Shown here piece by piece: positions 49,700 to 61,862 of a DNA stretch of 64,000 nucleotides. Position numbers and translations under genes: made by a program. The notes under the pieces were generated by a model that did no database searches, was not told the DNA's origin, and saw only the letters and a program-made list of their open reading frames with translations. The DNA comes from Hydrolagus colliei (lineage: Eukaryota): the NCBI GenBank assembly GCA_035084275.1, contig CM068749.1:17608001-17672000 (forward strand), read 5' to 3'. Position 1 is the first letter of the stretch; every line of letters begins with the position of its first letter.

Positions 49700-49920
49700 A
49701 TAAAGACTTTGTATTTTTATAACACCTTATCATGTTGAATGTTTCATGAGTAACTGCTATGAAGTGTAGTGACTGCTTTTGTCGGCAAACACACAGCCAT
49801 TTGCGTATGCAATGTCTCAGAAACAACAGTTCAGTGAATGACCAATGCCTCTGATGGATTGATGGGCAGGACACCAGGAGAAACCCTTCTCTTTTTGAAT
49901 AGAATAATGCGATCTTTATA
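49700..49920 (-). mobile_element. Decayed Deu-domain SINE
   Basis: 'gaagtgtagtgactgcttttgtcggcaaacacacagccatttgcgt...gaatgaccaa...ggcaggacaccaggagaaacccttctctttttgaatag'. Confidence 0.65.
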
Positions 49921-52419
49921 GGATAGGGTGAGATAAGATCAATAGGTAATTCCCTTTGGTATAAGTTTGAATTTTGGACATACGACTTCTATGGGTGCAT
50001 CACTACTGTCTGTTTCAGTGAACGTTCTAAGGGGTTTAAGATTAGTTGTTCTGATTGAGCAAAGGTGGCTCAAAGTGTCATTACTGATTGAGGAGCAACA
50101 TTCAACCATCTAGCATTGATCATCAATTCAATAAAAAAGAGACATTCTTTTTATACTTGCAATAGCTGTAAACACTTATCCTATACACTTTAATTGGAGG
50201 ATTTCATTTGACTCTTGAGATATACTGGCTCAGTAACACAGTGGTTGATGCATTAATTTTATACCTTAACTCAATTACAGCTCAAATCCCAAAGGTAGCC
50301 AACACTTTAGCTCATTAAATTGTGCAAGAAGTTTTCTCAGTTATCAGATGAGCCTCTCAGTATGGTGGAATAAATGATACAATATGCATGTGATACATGG
50401 ATGAATATCCTATTCCATCTGATTCACCAAAGAAGAGCAGGATTTAAAATCCCCTAGAATCTGCAACCAGCTGACATGCTCTGCTCACAAGAGGAGCAAT
50501 GTATGGAGTTAAGTAGCCATTAAAGGCAGGTAACAGAACATGCTGGCTGCTGGAAGTGTAGGAGTGATAGTGGGTAGGCATCTGTGGGTATTTGTTGGTA
50601 GACTAGGTGAGAGCATGGATGTGTATGTACTTAATAAACTCAGTGCAGTTTCAAAACGCTGTTGGCATCAAGGAATGAATATGAATGTTTTAAGCGTGCA
50701 TTTGAAACAGCTATAAAATGTGAATATTTAGAAATACTGCACAGCAAAACTTGTACTGCCGCTGTGAAGCAGCATGTTGTTTCTCTCCATAATGGCCATT
50801 CAAAATTGTTCTAAGTAGGAGAAAGTAAAATTGAGCCACTGCTGGGCTCCTCTTGGCAACATGTTAGGGAGAGGCTTGGGAGCAAGTCAACTTCCTGCTG
50901 TCTGTGCTGGGAAATGTGGATTGGTGCATGTTACATGAGCACTGCAAGGAGAAAGAAAACAGCTAAAATAACATGCTAGTAATGCAATAATAAAAGCAAA
51001 CACATTAATCGTGCAATAAAACACATAGCACATGTCGTAACGCAAAATACTTCCTTGCTCCCATTTCCCCCCAGCAAACATGTGGACAATTCATCAGTGG
51101 GATATTTGCCCATCGGACTGAGTAATGCACAGATTCTCCCTCTCGAGATGGGAAAATACCAGGAGGTATTGTGGACCCCTTTCCTGCAAATCTGCAGTCC
51201 GCAGCTGCTCTAACACACAAACCAGGAGGGACTCCAAGCGCAACCACTGCACACAGAGATCTCAACCTTCACTAGCTGGCCAAACACGCTCTTGGGCATG
51301 CGATATGCAAGGCCATATGCTGTTGAATCCCCAAGGCTAAGCCCCTTGCCAAGGGAAGATCCGCCCTATCAGCAAATCCACCCTATCAGCAAATCCAAAT
51401 GGCTCAAAGTGGGTGACGCACACCATGTGACTTACAACTTGCCCTTCAACTTCAGAACGACACCGAAGGCAGAATAAAAGTTGCGATGTTTTAGTGATCG
51501 GGGTACGGTGTAAACCATTGATTGAAAAAGTAAGTGCCTTAAGTACCAGAATTGTTTATCACCGGCAGATTTCTGCGATTCTTGCATAACTTGATGACCA
51601 GACAAAGCAGCTCACTCCTTTTATGGGGCCGCAAAACAAAATCAGAATTACGTGTTTAACTTTTCTACAGTCATGAAACCCACTCTGCGAAGGGAGGGGT
51701 GAAAGTTGGTGTTGAGGAGGATATGGGAATAAGCAGTTTTTAAAAAAATCTTAAAAGGCCTCATGCACAAAATAAACAGCTTATTTAAAATGAGATTTGC
51801 CTACACTTCAGAAAAAAAGAATGACTACTCTTTAATGCTATTTGCATGAGGTTCAAAATATGCGAGGCTGTCATCAATTCCCATGTCATGTAAGCAGGAT
51901 TGTCATTGACGTGAAGAGAGAATAATGTAATATATAATTCTAAATTGATCAACACTTTAAAAGCATTTCTAAACTGCATCAATGTATTATGAGTTATCTA
52001 TTCAGTTGATTTCTAATACAAAGAAAACATGCTGCACCCTTTTGTTTTTGCTTATTTTGGTGAGCAGATGCATTTGAAGATTTCACTCTCAAGCTAGACT
52101 CATAAATATTTAACCCCACTCCAGCACTACACATTCACTGCATTTGTACCTTGTCAAAGCATCTTGCTAATGTATGAATCACATCAAGTTAAATCCTGAA
52201 AATATGCCATGTGTGTCCAAAATATCAAAAATATGTATTTGCCATTGAAGGTTATGAAAATGTTCAGAAAATATGTTTAATATTTACCTAGAAATTATGT
52301 GAAAGGATTCCAACATATTTGATATTTTGTTTTCTATATGTATCTGAATTTCTTTATACAGTACTGTAGTTTTAAATACTTAATATATGATGCAAAAAAA
52401 ATCAGTAAAATTATATTTC

Positions 52420-52620
52420 CTTGTGGGTAGTTGGGAGCAGTATTGCTCAATATCTTTTTCTTCCTCTACAATAATTAGTAAAATAATTTCCAGTCTATTA
52501 GATATGCATAGTTCCTCAGGGAACTGCTTTATAAAAAAAAACTTTACTGTTTCTTTAATTACTGTAGTAGATAAATACGTCAAGCTTCAATAATGTTTTT
52601 GTTGGTTTGACATAACTATG
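52420..52620 (-). mobile_element. Very old CR1 ORF2 trace
   Basis: Minus strand 'cagttccctgaggaact...atagactggaaatt...gaggaagaaaaagatattgagcaatac' loosely parallels SSLDTG..EDWR..KKGQKD..GNY. Confidence 0.4.
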
Positions 52621-53289
52621 CACCTCCCCAATCCTATAAATGAAATTACCTCTGAGTCTAAATGAAGAAAGATTTTGGAATTGTCTTCTCAAATCAGTTA
52701 AACGTAAAGAATCACTGATCATAGATTTCATTTCTTCCTTCCCTTTCACAATTTCGCTATAATTTTGCACTATTTTAGGCACTGACATAATTGCTAGATT
52801 AAAAATTATTCAAGAATAATTGACTAGCCCTGTAATATAAAACGATCATCATGACATTGGGTCCTTGAATGTAATGAGAAGTGTTCATTTTTTCATCTTG
52901 TAAAAAAAATAGAAATCATCCTTTTGATTATGTGAAAAACATTTTCAATCCAATCCTATAATTCTTTTATTTAAAGCAAATTAAACTCAGCAACAAGGCT
53001 GACTGCTTTGGCTTTCTTGTCAGTCTGTAGTTAGTGGTATTACCAAAGACATAAGCATTGGGTGATTTAGGAGCCTAAATACAAAGGTCTTTACTTATAC
53101 TGTTTCGTGGCAGATAATTAATTTGCTAAACACAAAGATTTTCAAATTAAGCCTTAAACACATATTAAAATGGTTCCGGAGTTGCAGAATATTGGAACTT
53201 TAGTGCATTCCATGTTTTACTATTATTTTGATAAATTCTATTGGTAGCTTCAGCAATTTATCCACCAGTGCCTGTCTCCTGTGCTATGC

Positions 53290-53470
53290 TATAGGCAAAT
53301 ACCACTCCGTTTATATTGCTACTGTTTCTTTTCTTGGCTAATCTCATCATTCTGCATTCTCCATATTAAATAATACTTACCACTTGTCAGCCACATTTTC
53401 TAAAATATCCAGATCCCTCTCTATTTAATCAGAATATTATTTCCAATTGTGTCTGTGTCCTCAATACAAT
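53290..53470 (-). mobile_element. Old CR1 ORF2 fragment
   Basis: Minus strand IERDLDILENVADKW*VLFNME resembles LQEDIDQLVKWADTWQMKFNAE. Confidence 0.7.
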
Positions 53471-54422
53471 ATCAAATCACTATTGTGCAGTGTAATTAGC
53501 ATTGACCCTATATGGATGACAAAGGCCAAAGATGAAACCACCTTTCATACAGCTCCATGTTTCTTGCTGTGTTGTTTCCTAGGAACCAGGCAAATTCCAA
53601 TCCACTTCCGAAGCTCTTCTTACTTCCTGGCCTTCCAATTTGTGGACCAGTTTCCCTTGACACTTTCTGTAAGAATCATTGCTCAATAAAGTGAAATATC
53701 TGGGATAAAATACAGAAATAACTTGATATTTTGGCAAGTTCAGCCTTGGCAATAGGCTGAGAGTCGTTTCTCAATATTATAAAATATCAGGGGAAGTTTG
53801 ATCTTGAGAAATTTATGATGGGAAACACTGAGCAAAATTCTTTGAGACTGACCAAATATTAGGGAGGCCTTGATAGGGGATATTCATTATAAAGTGGGTA
53901 GAATGGTGTTACAGTTCATGGATTTATTGATGGCATTGAGCCTTTATAAAAATGAATATTGGACATTAATATTCCATTGTGGTATTGTAGAAACTGGATA
54001 CAACAGAATGTTAAAGCACAGAAACAGGACATTATAACATAGTCTGTTAATATAAATTCTCACCATAGAAACGTTACCTTTGTTTCCAACAAAGTAGTAG
54101 TGGTGTGACTGTGCAGAGATGATCAAACCTTGGGAAGCTTAACCCTTGATAAGCAGATTTGAATGGTATATTTGGAATCCAGAATTGTGAGGATTGGCTG
54201 AAATTACTCATCACTTACTGCCTCAAGTTCAAGCAAGAGTTTTTTTTTTTTAAAAGTCTTCATAAAATCATGAGTGAACTCTCCAGCATATTCGCAAACA
54301 TTGAGTTGTTGTGTGAATTCCCTCTGCCTACCTATATTATTAAATCAGGACACAGAAGTAAAAATGTTTCATTTAGAATATGATACTTTGAACATTATAC
54401 AGTAAGCAGAAGGAAAACTATT

Positions 54423-54667
54423 CAACAACAACTTGCATTTATATACTAATATTCCTTGCATTTGATATAGTACTTTTCAAGTCTTCTAGAAGTCTCAAAG
54501 CGCTTCATGGGGTATACTGTTAAGTTAATTGACTGTATAATTGTGAGCGAAATGTGGCAGTCAATTGCGCACAGCAGTGTCCCACAAACAGCCATGGATT
54601 GAAGTGACCAATTTATTGTTTTTTGTTGTTGAGGAATTATTATCAGGCATGTAGAGTAAGGAAACTC
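54423..54667 (-). mobile_element. Headless tRNA-derived SINE (54448-54667) with an adjacent 23-bp L2 tail stub (54423-54445)
   Basis: Body and tail match the other copies. Stub 'caacaacaacttgcatttatata'. Confidence 0.88.
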
Positions 54668-55781
54668 CACCCCGCGCTCTTAATGAACCTCAGTCCAACA
54701 GAAAGCAAGCTGTAAACACTGCCGATTGATGAGACTTCAGCACTTTTCCTTCCAGCTTTTAAAATGGCGCTGGGAACTTTTTTTTCCAAGAATGTTGTCA
54801 GACATTTTTGTTGTCTCAATTTGGTTTCCTTTGATACACACCAGAACATCTCAATTTCAGGCTGTGCCAGGCGGGCTGGTCGGTGTCTATGTCCAGCTGC
54901 CTGTTGGTCCATTGTGAGAGGACAACAGTGAAAAAGAAGTCAAGAGGTGGAGAGAAGCAACGTTGAAGAGAGCAGCAAAGCGACACTGAGCAAAACGAAG
55001 AGAAAGAAAGGACAATCTTGTAATTTAAGGTCAAACTATTCCCATTTGCACAACAGTTGAGAAAATGTAAAGAAAACAAGGGAAATAATTTAATTAGTTT
55101 CATGCTCTTTTTGGAGTGTTCTCGCTCGTGTATCGAGGGGGAATTTAGAGAAACATCAGCCAAGAAACACTGGAAAAAATGTGTAGTATAACAGGCAAAG
55201 TCTGATCATGATCTGGGAGCATTGCCACAAGTAATAATAAAATGTTATTTCTCCCATCTAAATGACTGTCTCTAGTGTTTTGTGCATATGTAAAATAACT
55301 CTAGCTTGAGAAATGATCGTTCACACACAAAGAATAAGTCTATAATTGGTCCAGTCCTCAAAGTCTTCTTTTATCAGTCTATTATTAATTGTGTTTGCAG
55401 GAACTACTATAGCATGTAATGTTATTGCATGATAAGTAGAGTATTTTATAAATGGAAATGAAAAACAAAGCCATGACAGTTACCCTGAGCAACATCTGTG
55501 TACCATCACGTAAGCTCACACTAATTTTCTGAAGATTGTTCCATTCATTATAGCTTATTGTTACTCACTTCCTGGCATAGTCCTTATTTCCATGCATTTA
55601 GGAAATGAAGCAAAGAGTGGGGAAATGAGAGTCTAATCAATACCACTTTTCATTTTGTCTCTAATGGGCGAGCTCTCCTTTTCTTTTCTCATGCACAAAT
55701 TCAGAAAAGATACCAATGTTACAGTCATAAAATGTAATTCTTCTGCAGAAACACAGACAATAACGCTTTCTGTGCTGAGGC

Positions 55782-55921
55782 NNNNNNNNNNNNNNNNNNN
55801 NNNNNNNNNNNNNNNNNNNNNNNNNNNNNNNNNNNNNNNNNNNNNNNNNNNNNNNNNNNNNNNNNNNNNNNNNNNNNNNNNNNNNNNNNNNNNNNNNNNN
55901 NNNNNNNNNNNNNNNNNNNNN
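55782..55921. other. Assembly gap (140 N)
   Basis: Run of N. Confidence 1.
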
Positions 55922-57011
55922 ACTTCTACAAGGCAAAACTACTAGGGTATGTAGCAGTATTAGTTTGTTCTTGATGTTATTAGTTAATAAGAAAATCAAA
56001 CACGGGGTTGTGATATGGCAGTGATACTGAATAAATTAGACTAACAGATAACGTTCCTATGCAGTTTATCTTCCAGAGTCTAGTGCAGTGCACTACTGCC
56101 AGTGGCGTGTTGAATGTATCCAGTTTGCTTCCAGAGCTTAACCTAAATGATTAGCATAAAGCTTTGAGTTTCCACAGCATAAAATCTACTTATATTTATC
56201 CTTAAGAAACGGTAAGCTTGCTCTGTGCAAGGAAGACAGACCCATGTACCTTTTTTTTTAAATGACTTGAGTGGATTTTGTTCACATAGACTATCAAAGG
56301 CATTGGATAATTGAGAGTTGATGGAATCCTTGTGGCAGGTGATTTACTCTTCAGTGCTGCTTTCTTTAAGCTAGATGAGATGTTGCTCTATTGGAGTGAC
56401 CTCTGTAAAGAAACAGAATCAGTGATAGTTTACATTCTTTAAAAGGCAATTGGTGTCTGACTGCGCTAAGCCTGTCGTTTAGGTAATACACCAGAGAGTC
56501 TAATGTAGTGCACACAAATACATCTGTAATATTTGTAATATTCATCCAAGAATAGTAATAATTATCAGACATTGGCAGTACTGCAGCTGAGCCAACTAAT
56601 ATCTCCATTTAATGCTTAGGCTTCAGCTTTGCTGATATAAAGACAGCTTCACGTTGAGCTTCATATCTCCAGGAACAGGGTTACAAATGGAAAGCTATAG
56701 GCTCTTGATTTTTGATTAGCTGCAGGGTCGAAGAACTATTTTTAAAAAAGTAGATGTTAGTAACATTTACTTTCCTAAATATCCTATTAAATTAGACATG
56801 CCCATAGTCATCCTAATTGATTCAAAGGACATTTTCACCATCTCATGGCTGCCAACAGCAACACCAGTGCTAAAGGATCCAGTCACCTTCAGAATAAATT
56901 CAACCAAGTTGTTAATGTGCTTCTTATTAATGTGTGAAGGTGGGTGCTGCAAAATTGAAGAACTTAACTGAAGTAAAATGGCTGCAACATCAAGCTAACA
57001 AAGTCAACAGA

Positions 57012-57190
57012 CAAATTATCAATGACTTTAAAAGAGAAGTGGATGGTTATTTGGGGAGGATGGGTTTGCGGGAATATAGAGAGAGAGTCGGGGAGTGGGA
57101 TTGACTTTGAATAGCTCTTTTCAAAGAGCTGGCACAGACTTGATGGGCCAAATGGCCTCCTTTTGTGCTGTAAAATTCTATGATTCTATG
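57012..57190 (+). mobile_element. CR1 LINE 3' end
   Basis: 'actttaaaagagaagtggatggttatttggggaggatggg...aaagagctggcacagacttgatgggccaaatggcctccttttgtgctgtaaaattctatgattctatg'. Confidence 0.92.
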
Positions 57191-60100
57191 ACATCCTCCG
57201 GGATCTCGGATTTAATATGGATTTAATGTCCTCCTAGAAATCCTGTTAGAAAATAGAAGCATTATAGACTCCATTATTTACATTATACCAAGCCATTTCA
57301 CACTGATAGACAAATTACTTTGGATGTTTAACAATCTTTTGTCACAAACCTGGAAGATACTTTAAAAAATATATATTATATTAAAGTCCTTTGGATGTCA
57401 TATGAAATGTAAATTCCGCTTCACAGAATGTTCGGTGAACACTGCTGTATACTAAAAAACTTTCTCCTCAACCAACCTAGCAAATCTTTGTAAACCTCTC
57501 TCTAACTATTTATTGGTAAGCACATTTCGATAGCGATTATATCTCTACGCATGTAATATATGGCTGTATCTCAGTATAATTGCTCCACATAATGATGCAA
57601 TGTCTCAGGGTTCAGATTAACATTCAAATTGAAAAATTGTAGAGGGTGGAGGTTTGGTGGGAAATTATACCATTGTTTACATTGCGAAACCTTTAAAGAG
57701 GTTTGAAAAGTTTTAAAACACGTTTTTTTAAAAAATTCAAAGTCTTTAAAAGTTTTTTTTTATTAATGTAGTAAATTCAACGATGCAATGAGATTATTCA
57801 TTCCAAGTCACTCTATAACACCTGTCTGTCTCCAAGGAGAGGGCCACTCAAAGAGATGGTGATGGTGGCGCCACAGTCAAAGGATTCTACATGCCTCATC
57901 CTTCATTCACACTGTTAGTAATGTAGCGGCAATACTGCAGTTACACCTGAACACTCTGTTGCTGCCAAACACCTGGCTTGATCGTACACTGTCCAGATGA
58001 AAAATAAGCGTAATTTTTTTGGAGGATACAGCAAACAGGGGAGGGGTGCCTCATTAAGTAATGTACATGTTTATGAGGAATAGTGATAATAAGACACAAA
58101 TGAGAGGTTCTGCATAGCAAATTATAATAATTGTGTTTTCATTTATATTTCATGGCTATTGTCAAATTAATTATCTGAATTAGATGTATGAGAGGGAAAC
58201 AAAATAAATATGTTTTTATGTAAAGTTAAAGCTTTTATATTAAGGGTGATGAATGCTGATAGCTTTTCAAATTAGCATTTTCAAATCATTGAAAATCCAG
58301 AGAAAGTGTAATGAATTTTTTTCCAGCTAACTGCATATCTGATTACTCTATGCTCCTGTCAACTAAATGCTTGTTTAATGAAATAAATTATTCTCTGTTC
58401 ACTTTAATAAGAAAAATACCACCCGATTGCTTTTACCTGTTTAATATTCAGCTATTTTCAAATTCTCTGGAATCAACAAACACAAAAAGCTTGATTTTCA
58501 TTTCGTATCCACTGGTGGTTTAATTTTCCATTTGGGTTTTGAGAAGACGTTGTTTCATATTGCTCTATTCTGTGTCTTATTGACCGAAAAGACAATGCAT
58601 TTTGAAGAGAAATGTAAAATACTTTTGTTTGGTAAATTTCTCTACTTGCTTTCGAGTGGCAATTTTTAAAAAACTCATGAATCATTCGACTTTGCTCTTC
58701 TAATATAAGGAATCAACCTTTTAAGTCTTCTTTCTAGAATCACCAGGCAATCATTGCCACCACTGTTATTTGGTGATCAATTTGACTCTCATATGCAATA
58801 AGAATTCCTTACTTCTTTCTTAGATAATTGTTTTCAAACAATATTCTAGATGGTTCTTTCTGACAAAACTTTATTGCAGTTATTCTTAAATCAAAGAAAA
58901 TCCAACTATGTCCTTGACTATTTTAATACAACTTTGTTGCACAAAATACCAGTATAATGTGTCTCTGGCTTCAACAGCTCCCAGATTAAGGGTGCTTGAC
59001 TGGAACTGAAGCCTGATACTGCTGTTGGAAATCAATTGTCCGTGAAATTTTTATGCGAAAGCAGTAGTGTGACATGCAGTAAATAAATATTAGAACTAAT
59101 AAAATAGAAAAGTGAACTATGACAAATGCATTGCAAAGGTAAAACGCAGAAGTGGGGATTAAGGTGTTACAAGAATGTCAGCTTCAAAAAAGCTACCTAT
59201 GTTAATCAGACACACACACATATATATATATTTATATATGTAGGACTGCAAAATGTCTCCACCTGCTGAGGAAAATATAGGCTACAGGGATGATTTAACA
59301 GCATATTTAATAGATCAGAACCATTGGTCATTGTCATTCATTAAACTTTGCGCAATTTCAAATCAGCATTGAAAGCAATACAATTTAGAAAATTGTGTTC
59401 TATAGGATATGACTGAAAATAAGATGACAGACAGAGTTAATGGAGTTCCCTTAACAAGGAGCTTCGTCACAACAGATCAAAGAACTAATCCAGTTAGAAA
59501 GAACCAATGATGGAAAATCTGTTTAAAAAATTAAAATGCTATTTCATAAAAGGTTTTTTTGCTAGTGCACCTACTTAACCATAGCTCAATGTGGACCATT
59601 AATCACCCATTCATGTTCAATGTACAAACTGCTGCCTTGATAACAAAAAGGGCATTAAAAATTAAATAAAATGATGCTTCCCTCAATAGGTTTTTGTGTA
59701 ATATAAAAGTATGGGGTTTTTTTACCTTACATGTCTCATAGATGATATAAATGCACTGTAAAAACTTATGAATGTGCTTCAATTTTTATACAGAACCATA
59801 TTTTAGCCTTTTATCTGACAAACACATTGCATAAGATGGTAGGGCAAAAGGATTCAATTATATTAACATTTTCTGAAATAAAAATCATTTTGGATTTAAC
59901 TGAAAACACTAAATACAGATTGTTGTAACTTTGTATAAATTCAATGGGATAATTAGTAACACACTATATATTTCATAAACTTGTGAACCATAAGCGACAT
60001 AGGAAAAAATGGGCAAGAAAGGTTATTCATTCAATCGCTACATTACTTCCTGACCCAAACTAAATGTTGTAATGGCCAACAATTTCAGCAGTGTTTCTAA

Positions 60101-60864
60101 TTTGTATTTCATTGTAGTATTACTTCAATTTTGATTTGTTTCAGTCTCCTATCTCAAAACTTGAGATATGTACAGTACTGTATGTAGAAGGTAGACCAGC
60201 AGTGCAAACATGAAGAATGGCCAAGTGGGTGAGGTTTGGTTCCACAGCATGAATCACTACCTTTGGGAGACGAGGAAAGGCTAAAAGGGGACAGCAGTAT
60301 AAAAAGAAACTAGAAAAAAATGTACTCTAAGTAAAATACTGTGGCCTCCCCACATATCATTTCCCTCTAATGTGAAGAGGGAGTAAATTATAATCTGTTA
60401 TAATGCTTTAAAAGGTTTAAGCTATTTATTTCTGTTTGAAACTGAGAAGAAAGATACCAATGTCTGACTACATTTTCTCTACTGATTATAATTTGCACCA
60501 ACAAAGCCAACATACAACAGACTCTAATACATCTCAGCCACTCTACTTCTATGATGAATGATCTGATGGATTTGCCGATGTGGTATGTACCACCGTATAT
60601 TGTTGCCTAGGAATACTACATTATTAAACTATATCCTATATAGATATATGTAAACTGTACGTTAAACAATATCCCCACTAAGCCATAATATTATGAGTGG
60701 TAATAGCTGCTCTTTGAGATACAATTTGTGAAATGCTGACATTCAGAATTAAATTTGTCATTATATCTTTGTGTACAGTATTCAGCAATCTTCAGTGTGT
60801 CGTTTTATATTTCCCCAACATGAATAGTTACTATTACTTAAAGTCGTTTTATTCAGGTTGTATA

Positions 60865-61327
60865 ACCAGCAATGGTGACAGTCACAAACGATATCCTCTC
60901 TATCTGTGACCAGGGCTCCAGCTGTCTCCTTGTCATCCTGTACCTCTCCACCGCCTTCGACACAGTTGATCATGCCATCCTCCTCCACCGGTTAACCTCC
61001 ATCATCCACCTCAGTGGGCCCGCACTCGTTTGGTTTGAGTCCTACCTCACTAACCACTAGCAGTACATCTCTACTAACGGCTTTTCCTCTCGCTGTCACC
61101 CGGTTACCTGCGGGGTACCCGAAGGATCCATCCTTGGCCAGCCTTCTCTTCCTTATCTACATGCTCCCTCTTGGTCATCCGCAGATCGTGGTTAAAGACT
61201 TTACTTTTCGACTGCGCTTTTGGTCACCTTTTTCCCCCTCCCCCTGGCTCGGCCCCAGGATCCGTTATTTTGAAGCGCTCTGAGACGCCGTCTGGTGTGG
61301 AGAGCGCTATATAAATCCAAGTTGTTA
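60865..61327 (+). mobile_element. Internally deleted L2 LINE (RT core fused to the extreme C-terminus and tail)
   Basis: VTNDILSICDQGSSCLLVILYLSTAFDTVDH...WFESYLTN...GVPEGSILG...LLFLIYMLPLGH, immediately followed by RSWLKTLLFDCAF and the tail 'agcgctctgagacg...agcgctatataaatccaagttgtt'. Confidence 0.9.
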
Positions 61328-61802
61328 TAAATCCAAGTTTTTGTTAGCAAGCAGACATAAAGTGTTTTTTTCTCAAAGACTGATGTAACTGTACATGACA
61401 CCCCTTAAGGTTCAGCAATGAGAAATCTGGTGAAGTTGTTTTTTTGAGAGACAGATAGATAGATAGCAAACTACAGCATGATACTTCCTTAACACCAGGG
61501 ATCCACAGGGGGGAGAAAGCTTTAGAAAGTTTCATATAAAGCACTACTCATTAAAAAATAGATCTCTTAGTATTATGAGTGCCAGTGAGAGCAGGATGTG
61601 TGCATCTAATGCCTTTTTTAACACACTCTTCAAGTCTCTTTGTTTTTCTTTTGTTTACCCTTTCTTTTTAACTTGTCTCATTCATGTTTCTTTTATGACT
61701 CTATCTCTATATATTCTTCATTTCTATCTGAGGATATCTGAACTTCTGAGACTTTCCCACCTATGCAATTTGGAAGCTTCAGATTGGTTCTAAACTGGAA
61801 GC

Positions 61803-61862
61803 AAACACTCAGGGACACTACCCTGCGTGAATGGCACAATATAAATGCGAGTTGGTGTTGTT
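61803..61862 (+). mobile_element. Short L2/SINE-type 3' tail
   Basis: 'cactcagggacactaccctgcgtgaatggcacaatataaatgcgagttggtgttgtt'. Confidence 0.5.

Noticed and set aside
53376-53385. Minus-strand donor-like 'TG|GTAAGT'
   Set aside because: It lies inside a decayed CR1 ORF2 fragment (DKW*V), not a host exon.
55655-55999. ORFs spanning the N run
   Set aside because: Artefacts of translating through the assembly gap.
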